Below are positions 48,652-57,314 of a stretch of DNA of 57,314 bases, piece by piece. The translations under genes and the position numbers were made by a program. Under the pieces are notes generated by a model. That model did not search any database. It was not told the origin of the DNA and saw nothing but the letters and a program-made list of their open reading frames with translations. This stretch comes from an uncultured Bacillota bacterium. GTDB lineage: Bacteria > Bacillota_I > Bacilli_A > RF39 > UBA660. The stretch lies in the NCBI GenBank assembly GCA_946540075.1, contig CAMNHZ010000001.1, positions 1 to 57,314 on the forward strand, given 5' to 3'. Every line of letters begins with the position of its first letter. The first letter of the stretch is position 1.

Positions 48652-48861
48652 ATGAAAAAAGGAATTCATCCAGCTTATATGGATACTAAAGTAACTTGTG
48701 CTTGTGGAAATACTTTTACAGTAAAATCAAATAAAGAATCATTACATGTAGAAGTATGTGACAAATGTCACCCATTCTATACAGGTAAACAAGGTGCAGT
48801 ATCTAAAACTGGAGCAGTTGAAAAATTCAATAAAAAATATGGAATTAAAGAAGCTAAATAA
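48652..48861 (+). CDS. rpmE: 50S ribosomal protein L31 (zinc-binding type A)
   Basis: [32 protein letters not shown]. Start taken at ATG 48652 after the GGAAGGAG RBS, not the track's 48619. Confidence 0.93.
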   Translation: MKKGIHPAYMDTKVTCACGNTFTVKSNKESLHVEVCDKCHPFYTGKQGAVSKTGAVEKFNKKYGIKEAK

Positions 48862-48963
48862 GCTTCTTTTAATTTGACTAAAGAATTTTCAAATGTTAAA
48901 ATATTTTTGATCAATTGAAAAAAGCATATTAGTATTAGTAAAAAATATTAAAGAGGGAATTAT

Positions 48964-49224
48964 ATGAAAATAGAAAAAAATAGTTTATTAAAATTAACAG
49001 ATAATAATACATATTTAGTTTTAGAAAAACTTGTTATTAACGGAAAAAAGTATTTATATTTAATTGATAAAGATAATCGTAATAATTTAAAGTTTTATGA
49101 GGAAACAGATGATAATAGGTTACTTGTTGTAGAAAATGAAAAGGAGTTACAACAAATAATACCAGAGTTTTTTAAAGTTATGAGTGCAAATATAATTAAG
49201 AAAAAAGAAGATAACAATCAATAA
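48964..49224 (+). CDS. hypothetical protein
   Basis: 86-aa ORF with RBS AGAGGGA. No family recognised. Confidence 0.35.
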   Translation: MKIEKNSLLKLTDNNTYLVLEKLVINGKKYLYLIDKDNRNNLKFYEETDDNRLLVVENEKELQQIIPEFFKVMSANIIKKKEDNNQ

Positions 49225-49239
49225 TGTTATCTTCTTTTT
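49201..49239. terminator. bidirectional terminator shared by convergent genes
   Basis: 10-bp stem GAAGATAACA (49207-49216) / TGTTATCTTC (49225-49234), flanked by A6 and T5. It embeds both stop codons. Confidence 0.6.
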
Positions 49240-50489
49240 AAATATTTTCTTACTTTTGGATAAACTTTAGTATACATAAAGTAAAGTATTGGATTTAAAA
49301 CTAGATCAAATTCACCTATAAACTCAGTATACTCTCCACCAAGACGTTTTTTAAACAGATGAATACCATATACACTATTATTCTTATCAGGCTCACCAGT
49401 GGTTCCGAAGAAATCAATCTTCTTATAACCTTCCTCTTTAGCGTCTTTTATAATTGTATAGTAAAGTAAGTAATTTGCGTTTAATTCACGTAGTAAATTA
49501 TGATTTCCTCCGTGGATTGTCCATACTTTATCGTTATATTTAGCAGTCATAATAGAAGAAAGAATTAATTCTTCATCTTTTATTTTTTTAATTATATCAA
49601 GTTCTTTTTGTTGTTTTTCTAGCTTTTTCGTCAAATCTTTCTTTTTATTTTCTAGTTTATTTTTATTTTTGTATTTACTAGCATCTAAACTATCTATCTC
49701 ATCTTGTATAGATTTTAATATGTTTTCGTATGTTTCAATTAAGTTTTTAATTTTAATTTTAACAACATATAAGTCACTCATTCCATGATCATGAAGTATT
49801 TTATAAAAATTACGATAGTAATTAATATTAAAGCATTGTAAATGTTCTCTTTTTGCTGTTTCTTTCATAGTAATATAAAAATCTTCAATATTAGATTCAT
49901 CACCCTTAAAGACTTCAAGATTATATTGATTTCCTTTATTTAATATTTTTCTTGTAGTAGGATGCATATTTTTATAAATAGTATCAAAATCAGGAGTTAG
50001 ATCCAATCTGAATGTGTATCTTGGTTCACGATGTTCAAAATTTTTGTTAAATCCTTTATGTTTAAAATCAATACTTTTAAGGTAATTAACAAGTTTAAAG
50101 TTATTGTTATTATTATCAATAATATTACCATCAATATCTAAATCACGTAGTTTTACATCGGGATCAATAGTTATAAATATTGCGTTCTCTTTTTTACCAA
50201 ATTTTTTAAGTTCGTTTGTAAATTCACCAACAATATCAAAATTACTATAGTCAGTAACAAAACCTCTAGGTATATAAAAATAACAATACTTATTAAATAA
50301 TGGTTTCTTAAGCATTAAAGCAGTTGCTACAAGTTTACCATTATTTTTAAGACCTACATAATATGGTTTTAGATTTTTTTCTTTGCTAACTATTCCCCAA
50401 TAGTATGATTGCATGAAATGTGATTTAGTAGGATGATTTGAAACAAATTCTTCAAACTCTTTTTCATCAACATTTGATATAAATTCCAT
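49227..50489 (-). CDS. FemAB-family peptidoglycan aminoacyltransferase
   Basis: 420 aa: FMQSYYWG, a central coiled-coil insert (KNKLENKKKDLTKKLEKQQKELD), GIHLFKKRLGG. Confidence 0.85.
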   Translation of the reverse strand: MEFISNVDEKEFEEFVSNHPTKSHFMQSYYWGIVSKEKNLKPYYVGLKNNGKLVATALMLKKPLFNKYCYFYIPRGFVTDYSNFDIVGEFTNELKKFGKKENAIFITIDPDVKLRDLDIDGNIIDNNNNNFKLVNYLKSIDFKHKGFNKNFEHREPRYTFRLDLTPDFDTIYKNMHPTTRKILNKGNQYNLEVFKGDESNIEDFYITMKETAKREHLQCFNINYYRNFYKILHDHGMSDLYVVKIKIKNLIETYENILKSIQDEIDSLDASKYKNKNKLENKKKDLTKKLEKQQKELDIIKKIKDEELILSSIMTAKYNDKVWTIHGGNHNLLRELNANYLLYYTIIKDAKEEGYKKIDFFGTTGEPDKNNSVYGIHLFKKRLGGEYTEFIGEFDLVLNPILYFMYTKVYPKVRKYLKRR

Positions 50490-50635
50490 TTCATAACCTC
50501 ATTTCTTTTCCATTAATAAGTATAAAATAAAACTAGATATTAGTCAATCATATTAAAGTATTATATTTCATTAAGTGACAAATAGCTATATATGTAGTAT
50601 AATGAAATAGATTTTAGAAAAGTAATGGTGATAAT

Positions 50636-51901
50636 ATGTTAGAAAATTTAACAGATAAAGAATTTAATGATTTTTCGAGAGACTATCCCAGTAATACCTT
50701 TTTTCAATCATCTTATTGGGGTGAGTTAAAAGCAACAACAGGATGGAAAAGTCATATGGTAGGTATAAAAAAGAATGGTAAAGTTTCAGCTGCAACGCTT
50801 CTTTTGGCAAAGAAAATTCCTTTATTTAACAAGTATATATTTTATGCGCCAAGAGGTTTTTTGGTTAACTATGATAATTTTGATGAATTAAAACAATTTT
50901 GTGACGAAATTACAAAGTATGTAAAGAAAAATAAAGGTATTTTCGTGAAAATCAATCCATATTTAATGTATCAACAACGTGATATAAATGGTAATATCGT
51001 TGATAATGGTGAAAATCATAAACAGGCAGTAGAAAATTTAAAGAAATTAGGGTTTGTTCATAATGGTTTTACTATAAATTATGGTAAAGATTTAGAACCA
51101 AGATGGATATCTGTTTTGGATATAGAAGGAAAAACAAGCGAAGAATTACTTAAAAATATGCGTTCAACAACTCGTTGGGGAATTAATAATAGTTATAAAC
51201 ATGGTTTTAAACTTGTTGAGATAGATGAAAAAAGATTACCAGAGTTTAAGAAATTAATGGAACATACTGGTGAAAGAAGAGGATTTATTGATAGACCACT
51301 ATCTTATTATAAGAATATGTATAAAGCCTTTAGTAAAGATGATAATATTAAAATATTGCTGGTAGAATTAAATGTAAAGGAATATTTAGAAAATTTAGAC
51401 AAGCAATTATCAGACTTAACTTCTAAAATTGAGAATGCCAGAGTTAAAGCAGATAGTGCAAAGGCAAAAAGAAGTTTAAAAGAGTTTGAAAAACAAGAAA
51501 TAAATTTAAGAAAAAGAATCGACAATTTAAAACAAATCAAGACAGAAAAAGGAGATATAATTGTTGTAGCTGGTGGTTTGTTTATGACTTATGGAACTCA
51601 AGTTATATCACTATTTGGAGCATCATATCGTGAATATATGAAGTTTAATGGTCAATATTTCTTAAATTTTGAAATGATAAAATACGCTGTTGAAAACAAT
51701 TATAAAAAGTATAACTTTTTAGGGATAACAGGAGAGTTTAACGAAGATTCTCCTATGTATGGTTTGTTTGATTTTAAACGTGGCTTTAATTCTGATGTAG
51801 TTGAATTAATTGGAGAGTTTAATAAAGTTACAAATAAGTTTTATTATTATATATATAACGTTATGTTCTTTATGTATCGTAAGTTAAAGAAATGGATGTG
51901 A
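50636..51901 (+). CDS. FemAB-family peptidoglycan aminoacyltransferase (paralogue)
   Basis: 421 aa: FFQSSYWG, coiled-coil insert, GLFDFKRGF. Divergent from 49227-50489. Confidence 0.85.
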   Translation: MLENLTDKEFNDFSRDYPSNTFFQSSYWGELKATTGWKSHMVGIKKNGKVSAATLLLAKKIPLFNKYIFYAPRGFLVNYDNFDELKQFCDEITKYVKKNKGIFVKINPYLMYQQRDINGNIVDNGENHKQAVENLKKLGFVHNGFTINYGKDLEPRWISVLDIEGKTSEELLKNMRSTTRWGINNSYKHGFKLVEIDEKRLPEFKKLMEHTGERRGFIDRPLSYYKNMYKAFSKDDNIKILLVELNVKEYLENLDKQLSDLTSKIENARVKADSAKAKRSLKEFEKQEINLRKRIDNLKQIKTEKGDIIVVAGGLFMTYGTQVISLFGASYREYMKFNGQYFLNFEMIKYAVENNYKKYNFLGITGEFNEDSPMYGLFDFKRGFNSDVVELIGEFNKVTNKFYYYIYNVMFFMYRKLKKWM

Positions 51902-51905
51902 TAAT

Positions 51906-52340
51906 ATGATACTAATTGCAAGTGATCATGCTGGATATGACACAAAAGAACAGTTAAAAAAGTTTTTAAAAGAAAACAATTATGAAGTAGAGGACTTAGG
52001 AACTAATTCTAAAGAATCAGTTGATTATCCTGATTTTGCTATAAAATTAGCCAATAGAGTAATAAAAGAAAAAACATTAGGTATATTAATATGTGGTACA
52101 GGAATTGGTATGAGTATAGCTTGTAATAAAGTAAAAGGTATTAGATGTGCCAAAGTTAGTGATGAACTAGAAGCAAAGTTATGTAAAGAACATAATAATG
52201 CTAATGTAATCGCATTAAGTTCAAGATTACCTCAATCACTATGTAATAGTATTGTAAAAATCTATTTAGAAACACCATTTTCAAATGATGAACGTCATAT
52301 TCGTAGATTAGACAAAATTAGCAAGTACGAATGTCAGTAA
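51906..52340 (+). CDS. rpiB: ribose-5-phosphate isomerase B
   Basis: 144 aa: IASDHAGY, ILICGTGIGMSIACNK. Confidence 0.9.
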   Translation: MILIASDHAGYDTKEQLKKFLKENNYEVEDLGTNSKESVDYPDFAIKLANRVIKEKTLGILICGTGIGMSIACNKVKGIRCAKVSDELEAKLCKEHNNANVIALSSRLPQSLCNSIVKIYLETPFSNDERHIRRLDKISKYECQ

Positions 52341-52528
52341 AACCATTTCTATATATTTTTATAGTACCGCTTGTAATTTGGGCGTTAGATGGTGTTAGAA
52401 TAGATGGAATATTTAAAAAAGATAGTTATTATAAGGCTCGTGTTTTGTACCTGATAATTACTTTTGCTTTATCATATTTGTTAGTTAATTTTATAATGGA
52501 TTTTTATATAAATTCAAGAATTATTTAA
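52331..52528 (+). CDS. small two-TM membrane protein (DUF1146/YwzB-like)
   Basis: 65 aa. Located near spoIID/murA, as ywzB is in Bacillus. Family assignment is from memory only. Confidence 0.45.
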   Translation: MSVKPFLYIFIVPLVIWALDGVRIDGIFKKDSYYKARVLYLIITFALSYLLVNFIMDFYINSRII

Positions 52529-52569
52529 TTAGGCAGTAACTATTACTGCTTTTTATTTTGGGTGATGAT

Positions 52570-53487
52570 ATGAAAAGAATAATAATAATTACATTGTTAA
52601 TAATACTAATACCATTTATTATAGTAAATGTCTTTGTTAGTAAAGATAATATTAAATTTTTGTATGTAAAAAATGCAAAAGTTATAAGAGTAAAAGATGA
52701 ACAATCAGGTAATATTATAACAATGCCATTTGAAGATTATATTGTTGGAGTTTTAGCAGGTGAAATGCCTGCATCATTTAATATAGAAGCTTTAAAAGCT
52801 CAAGCAGTCGCAGCCAGGAGTTATGCACTTAGAAAAATGATTAGTGGTGTTGGTGAAGATTATGACGTAGTAAATACTATAAATAATCAAGTATATTTAA
52901 CTGACCAACAAATAAAGCAAAAATATAATAATAAGTATTCAGAATATATAAAAAAAATAAAAAAAGCAGTATTAGATACTAAAGGAGAATATTTATCATA
53001 TCATGGAGAAATAGTAGAAGCTTTATTCTTTTCAACAAGTACTGGTTACACAGAAAATTGTGAAGAGGTCTTTAGAGAAGAAAAACCATATTTAAAAAGT
53101 GTAGAATCAAAATGGGATAGCGAAGTATCACCTGTATATGATATAGTCACCAATATGCCATTAGATGAATTTTATAAAAAATTAAATTTAGAATATAATG
53201 ATAATCTAAAATTAGAAGTGACTAAAACAACTAGTACCGGGAGAGTAAAAGAAATAAAAATTAATGGTAAAGTTTTTACAGGAAGTGATGTATATAAAAA
53301 ATTATTATTAAAATCAACATATTTTTCAATAGTACAAAAAGATAAGACTGTAAGTATTGAAACAAAAGGATATGGTCACGGAGTAGGTATGAGTCAATAT
53401 GGAGCTCAAGCTATGGCATTAAAAAAATATAATTATAATGAAATTTTAAAATATTATTATACTGGTGTAGAAATTAAAAAAATGTAG
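52570..53487 (+). CDS. spoIID: stage II sporulation protein D (lytic transglycosylase)
   Basis: VLAGEMPASFNIEALKAQAVAARSYAL, FFSTSTGYTEN, GHGVGMSQYGA. Start taken at ATG 52570. Confidence 0.9.
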   Translation: MKRIIIITLLIILIPFIIVNVFVSKDNIKFLYVKNAKVIRVKDEQSGNIITMPFEDYIVGVLAGEMPASFNIEALKAQAVAARSYALRKMISGVGEDYDVVNTINNQVYLTDQQIKQKYNNKYSEYIKKIKKAVLDTKGEYLSYHGEIVEALFFSTSTGYTENCEEVFREEKPYLKSVESKWDSEVSPVYDIVTNMPLDEFYKKLNLEYNDNLKLEVTKTTSTGRVKEIKINGKVFTGSDVYKKLLLKSTYFSIVQKDKTVSIETKGYGHGVGMSQYGAQAMALKKYNYNEILKYYYTGVEIKKM

Positions 53488-53534
53488 TATAAAAATTTCA
53501 TATTTGTTAACACTTAAAATAGAGGTGAAAAAAT

Positions 53535-54182
53535 ATGAAAAAAAGAAGATTAAAAAAAGGAGTATTACCAGCATTATATGTTATGATTGCATTATTTGCC
53601 ATGGGAGGAACATATTTAGTTGAAAGTATGTTTACAAAAGACACTTTTAATGATAGTAATAATTATGGAAAAGTATCAGATGTAGATAAGAATAATAATG
53701 TTGAAAAACCTGTTGTAAATACAGAAGAAACTATTATAAAACCATTTACTGATACTGATGTAAAAGAAGTAAAAAGTTATTATGATTATAAGGGAGATGA
53801 ATCTTCACAAGAAAATTCTATAATTCTTTATAATAATAAATATATGCAAAATACAGGTATCGCATATGGAGGGAAAAGTGCAGATGAATCATTTGATGTT
53901 GTTTCAATATTAAATGGTAAAGTAGTAGAGGTAAAAGAAGATAAACTATTAGGAAATATTGTTCAAATCAAACATGATAATGATGTTATAAGTGTTTATC
54001 AAAGCTTATCCGATGTAACTGTAAAAAAAGGTGATGACGTAAAACGTGGTCAAGTAATTGCAAAAAGTGGAACTTGTAATATTTCAACTGACTTAGGTAA
54101 TCATTTATTATTTGAATTGATAGTTAAAGGTAGTATAGTTAATCCTAACGACTATTATGACAAGTTAGTAACTGAAATATAG
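53535..54182 (+). CDS. membrane-anchored degenerate M23/LytM protein, SpoIIQ-like
   Basis: 215 aa with an N-terminal TM and a LytM fold (GNIVQIKHDNDVISVYQSL, GNHLLFEL). Lies between spoIID and spoIIID. Confidence 0.6.
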   Translation: MKKRRLKKGVLPALYVMIALFAMGGTYLVESMFTKDTFNDSNNYGKVSDVDKNNNVEKPVVNTEETIIKPFTDTDVKEVKSYYDYKGDESSQENSIILYNNKYMQNTGIAYGGKSADESFDVVSILNGKVVEVKEDKLLGNIVQIKHDNDVISVYQSLSDVTVKKGDDVKRGQVIAKSGTCNISTDLGNHLLFELIVKGSIVNPNDYYDKLVTEI

Positions 54183-54199
54183 GAGCACGGCTCCTTTTT
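54181..54199 (+). terminator. terminator after the spoIIQ-like gene
   Basis: AGGAGC-ACG-GCTCCT followed by TTTT. Confidence 0.6.
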
Positions 54200-54244
54200 A
54201 TGTATAAAAATTTTTTATCTAGATATACTATATAGAGGTGTATT

Positions 54245-54499
54245 ATGAATAAGAATATTGTTAATAGGATATTAGAGGAAACTGATTATATAATAAAAAC
54301 AGAAAAAACAATCAGAGAAATTGCCAATGTATTTAATATATCAAAGAGTACTGTACATAAAGATTTACATGAAAGACTAAAATTAATTGATAAAACTAAG
54401 TATTTAAAAGTAAACAAAATATTAAAATATCATATAGATATAAGACACATTCGTGGTGGAGTTTCAACAAAGAAAAAGTATTTAAATTTAGTTAATTAA
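54245..54499 (+). CDS. spoIIID: sporulation transcriptional regulator SpoIIID
   Basis: 84 aa: IANVFNISKSTVHKDLHERL and YHIDIRHIRGG. Confidence 0.9.
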   Translation: MNKNIVNRILEETDYIIKTEKTIREIANVFNISKSTVHKDLHERLKLIDKTKYLKVNKILKYHIDIRHIRGGVSTKKKYLNLVN

Positions 54500-54559
54500 T
54501 ATACAAAAAAGTATTATTATATGTTATAATAGATTAGCGATAGAAACGAGGTCGGTAAG

Positions 54560-55558
54560 ATGTTTACAAAAGATATAGGAATAGACTTAGGAACAGCAAA
54601 TGTTTTGATTTATATTAAGGGACAAGGGATTGTACTTAATGAACCAAGCGTTGTTGCAATAGATGAAGAAACAAAAAAACCACTTGCCGTAGGAAGCGAA
54701 GCTCGTGAAATGTTAGGTAGAACTCCAGGAAGAGTAAAAGCTATACGACCTATGAAAGATGGAGTTATTGCTGATTTTGAAATAACAGAAATAATGCTAA
54801 ATCATTTTATTAGGAAAGTTAATGGTAAAAGTTTACTTTCAAGACCTAGAATATTGATTTGTTGCCCATCAAATATAACTCAAGTAGAGAAAAATGCTAT
54901 AAAAGAGGCAGCAGAAAGAACAGGTGCAAAGAGAGTATTCTTAGAAGAAGAACCTAAAGTAGCTGCTGTAGGTGCAGGAATGGATATATCTAAACCTAGT
55001 GGAAATATGGTTATTGATATTGGTGGAGGTACTACTGATATTGCAATCTTATCATTGGGTGGAATAGTAACATCTTCATCATTAAAAGTCGCTGGAAATG
55101 TTTTCGACAATGATATTTTAAAGTATATAAAAGATAAGTATAAACTTTTAATAGGAGATAGAACAGCTGAAGAAATTAAACTTACTATTGGAAATGTATT
55201 TCCAGAAGGTAAAGCAGAAAAAATGGAAGTAAGAGGTAGAGATTTAGTTACTGGACTTCCTCATACAATTACTTTAAGTAGTGAAGAAGTAGAAGAAGCT
55301 TTAAGAGAAAGTGTATATTTACTTATTCATGAAGCAAAAACTGTTCTAGAACAAACACCACCAGAACTATCTGCAGATATAATAGATAAAGGTATAGTTC
55401 TAACAGGAGGAGGAGCTTTAATTAAAGGATTTGATAAATTATTAGCTCATGAATTAAAAGTTCCAGTATTTATTGCTGAAAGCCCACTAACATGTGTTGC
55501 TGAAGGAACTGGTATACTTCTTGATAATATTCATTTGTTAGAAAGTAACATAAGATAA
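54560..55558 (+). CDS. mreB: rod shape-determining actin homologue MreB/Mbl
   Basis: 332 aa: IGIDLGTANV, DIGGGTTD, LTGGGA. The position after spoIIID matches mbl in Bacillus. Confidence 0.93.
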   Translation: MFTKDIGIDLGTANVLIYIKGQGIVLNEPSVVAIDEETKKPLAVGSEAREMLGRTPGRVKAIRPMKDGVIADFEITEIMLNHFIRKVNGKSLLSRPRILICCPSNITQVEKNAIKEAAERTGAKRVFLEEEPKVAAVGAGMDISKPSGNMVIDIGGGTTDIAILSLGGIVTSSSLKVAGNVFDNDILKYIKDKYKLLIGDRTAEEIKLTIGNVFPEGKAEKMEVRGRDLVTGLPHTITLSSEEVEEALRESVYLLIHEAKTVLEQTPPELSADIIDKGIVLTGGGALIKGFDKLLAHELKVPVFIAESPLTCVAEGTGILLDNIHLLESNIR

Positions 55559-55583
55559 ACTATAAGAGATTATAGTTTTTTTT
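55558..55583 (+). terminator. terminator after mreB
   Basis: AACTATAA (55558-55565) / TTATAGTT (55570-55577) followed by a T-run. Confidence 0.65.
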
Positions 55584-55622
55584 AGTCTAATGTGTTATAA
55601 TTTATTCAGTAGGTGAATTAAT

Positions 55623-56762
55623 ATGCAAGAAACAGTTGTAAATATTGTATATATGGTTATAAGCACATTTGCTATAGTTGCACTTACAGTGCCATTTGTA
55701 AAATCTATGGCAGAACATGTCGGTGCAATGGATATTCCTAATAAAAGAAAGGTTCATAAAAAACCAATGCCACGACTTGGTGGTATAAGCATTTTCATGG
55801 GATTTTTAATTGGGTATATGTTATTTGGTGAAGCAACTTCACAAATGAATTCAATTTTAATTGCAAGTTTTATAGTAGTGTTATTTGGAATATTTGATGA
55901 TATAAAACCAATTAGACCATTAGTTAAATTTGCAGGACAACTTATTGCTGCTTGTATTATAACTTTTTATGGAAATATTGTTATGTATGATATAAGCGCT
56001 TTTGGATTATCATTTAGCTTCGGATTATTTTCTTATCCAATTACAATATTCTTTATATTAGGATGTATAAATTGTATGAATTTAATTGATGGTCTAGATG
56101 GATTAGCAGCTGGAATAAGTTCTATCTATTTTGCAACAATAGGTATAATTGCAACAATACAATCTCATTTTGGATTAGATTTTCTATTAACTTTTATTAT
56201 GTTAGGATCAACCTTAGGTTTCCTAGCATATAATTTCAATCCGGCAACTATATTCATGGGAGATAGTGGTTCAATGTTCTTAGGACTTATAATCGCAGTA
56301 ATTGCATTATTAGGATTTAAGAACGTTACAATGACATCATTAATCATACCATTACTTATTTTGGCAATTCCAATTCTTGATACTTTATTTGCAATCTTAA
56401 GAAGATTAATAAAAGGTGAGAAAATATCAACACCAGATAAATTTCATATCCATCATCAATTTTTAAATCGTAATTTTTCCCAAAAACAAACTGTTATAAT
56501 AATTTATTTAATTAATATATTATTTGCATTTGTATCAATAGTATATATATTAAAAGATGCTGTACTTGGATACATTTGTTACACCATTTTAATGGTATTA
56601 GTATTAACTTTTGTTTTTTCAACTAATGTTATATTTGATACAGCATCATTAAGAAATAAATTAAAGGATAAATTAGATTTGAAAAGTTCTAAATTAAGTA
56701 GTAAAACCAAAAATAAAAGTAGTTCTAAGAAGAAAAAAAGTAATAATACAAAATCAAAATAG
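55623..56762 (+). CDS. glycosyltransferase family 4 (MraY/WecA/TagO-type undecaprenyl-phosphate sugar-1-phosphate transferase)
   Basis: 379 aa, polytopic: PRLGG, NLIDGLDGLA, MGDSGS, and a Lys/Ser-rich tail. Confidence 0.85.
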   Translation: MQETVVNIVYMVISTFAIVALTVPFVKSMAEHVGAMDIPNKRKVHKKPMPRLGGISIFMGFLIGYMLFGEATSQMNSILIASFIVVLFGIFDDIKPIRPLVKFAGQLIAACIITFYGNIVMYDISAFGLSFSFGLFSYPITIFFILGCINCMNLIDGLDGLAAGISSIYFATIGIIATIQSHFGLDFLLTFIMLGSTLGFLAYNFNPATIFMGDSGSMFLGLIIAVIALLGFKNVTMTSLIIPLLILAIPILDTLFAILRRLIKGEKISTPDKFHIHHQFLNRNFSQKQTVIIIYLINILFAFVSIVYILKDAVLGYICYTILMVLVLTFVFSTNVIFDTASLRNKLKDKLDLKSSKLSSKTKNKSSSKKKKSNNTKSK

Positions 56763-56763
56763 A

Positions 56764-56796
56764 AAACACCTCAATAGACATGAAGGTGTTTTTTTG
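56764..56796 (+). terminator. terminator after the GT4 gene
   Basis: ACACCT (56766-56771) / AGGTGT (56784-56789) followed by T7. Confidence 0.65.
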
Positions 56797-56831
56797 TTAT
56801 AATTTATTTAAGATAAAGAAGGGGGATTTAC

Positions 56832-57272
56832 GTGAAAAGACATTTTTGTGCATCTGTATTTATAATAAATCCAATAAATAAAAAAGTATTATTAGTTTTA
56901 CATCATAAATTCAATCATTGGGTTCAACCAGGTGGTCATATTGAAAATAATGAAACCCCTGAAGAAGCCGCAGTAAGAGAAGCAATGGAAGAAACAGGTA
57001 TTGAAGTAGAATTAATAGGGAAGAGATTTCCTCGAGAAAGTGATTTCATAATTCCAATTGCTATCCAAAGAAATATTAGAAATAATGTAGATGAACATAT
57101 AGATTTTGTCTATCTAGCAATACCAAAACAAGATTCCAAAATATTATATATAAGCAATGAAAGTAACGGAATCAGATGGTTTGATAGGGATGATTTGATT
57201 AAGTATGCAGTCTTTGAAGACATAATCATGACTTACGATCGTGTTATAAATGATGAGAATTTATGGAAATAG
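56832..57272 (+). CDS. Nudix hydrolase
   Basis: 146 aa with a GTG start after the AAGGGGGA RBS. Nudix box GGHIENNETPEEAAVREAMEETGI. Confidence 0.8.
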   Translation: MKRHFCASVFIINPINKKVLLVLHHKFNHWVQPGGHIENNETPEEAAVREAMEETGIEVELIGKRFPRESDFIIPIAIQRNIRNNVDEHIDFVYLAIPKQDSKILYISNESNGIRWFDRDDLIKYAVFEDIIMTYDRVINDENLWK

Positions 57273-57314
57273 AACAGAAGTTAATAAAAAAGTTTATGTC
57301 ATCATAAACTTTTT

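Noticed and set aside
1-57314. Alternative genetic code (UGA=Trp) suggested by the extreme AT-richness, and a search for defence islands or mobile elements
   Set aside because: Long conserved genes (gyrA, gyrB, uvrB, dnaX) are intact under the standard code, with TGG used for Trp. I recognised no integrase, transposase, restriction-modification, toxin-antitoxin, CRISPR-Cas or other defence signature. The novelty claims are therefore limited to the items listed in the findings.

Overview
Very AT-rich chromosomal origin region of a low-GC, endospore-forming Firmicute (Clostridia/Erysipelotrichia-like; taxon not determinable here, standard genetic code). On the minus strand the order is yabB-like MTase, yaaT/ricT, holB, bofA-like, recR, ybaB, dnaX, tadA, a short SRP RNA, gyrA, gyrB, recF, a comK homologue, dnaN and dnaA. 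A bipartite oriC lies at about 13.6 and 15.2 kb. On the plus strand the order is rpmH, rnpA, yidC, jag, HD protein, mnmE, ZIP transporter, mnmG, rsmG and a Noc-type ParB. Next comes a 7.6-kb NAD-salvage module: pncA-pncB-Nudix-nadE; prs-like, radical SAM, nadD; nrtR. After it: uvrB, radical SAM/SPASM, lgt, whiA, DHH, rplI, dnaB, M23 peptidase, walJ-like, rlmH, spoIIR, mntP-like, fba, murA, rpmE, a divergent femAB pair, rpiB, spoIID, spoIIQ-like, spoIIID, mreB, GT4 transferase and a Nudix protein. I found no transposase, integrase, CRISPR array, tRNA/rRNA or recognisable defence genes, so most of the window is core housekeeping. Four items deserve a second look. (1) Three perfect parS palindromes are stacked in one spacer. 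(2) The 719-aa Noc-like ParB carries a ~470-aa low-complexity insertion and has no adjacent soj-spo0J. (3) The NAD module is bracketed by ~170-200-bp imperfect direct repeats; it has two paralogous promoters sharing a palindromic operator and an uncharacterised radical SAM gene coupled between prs and nadD. (4) comK with phased 10-bp repeats sits inside the dnaN-recF block. All calls come from reading the ORF track and sequence by eye; no database search was run.
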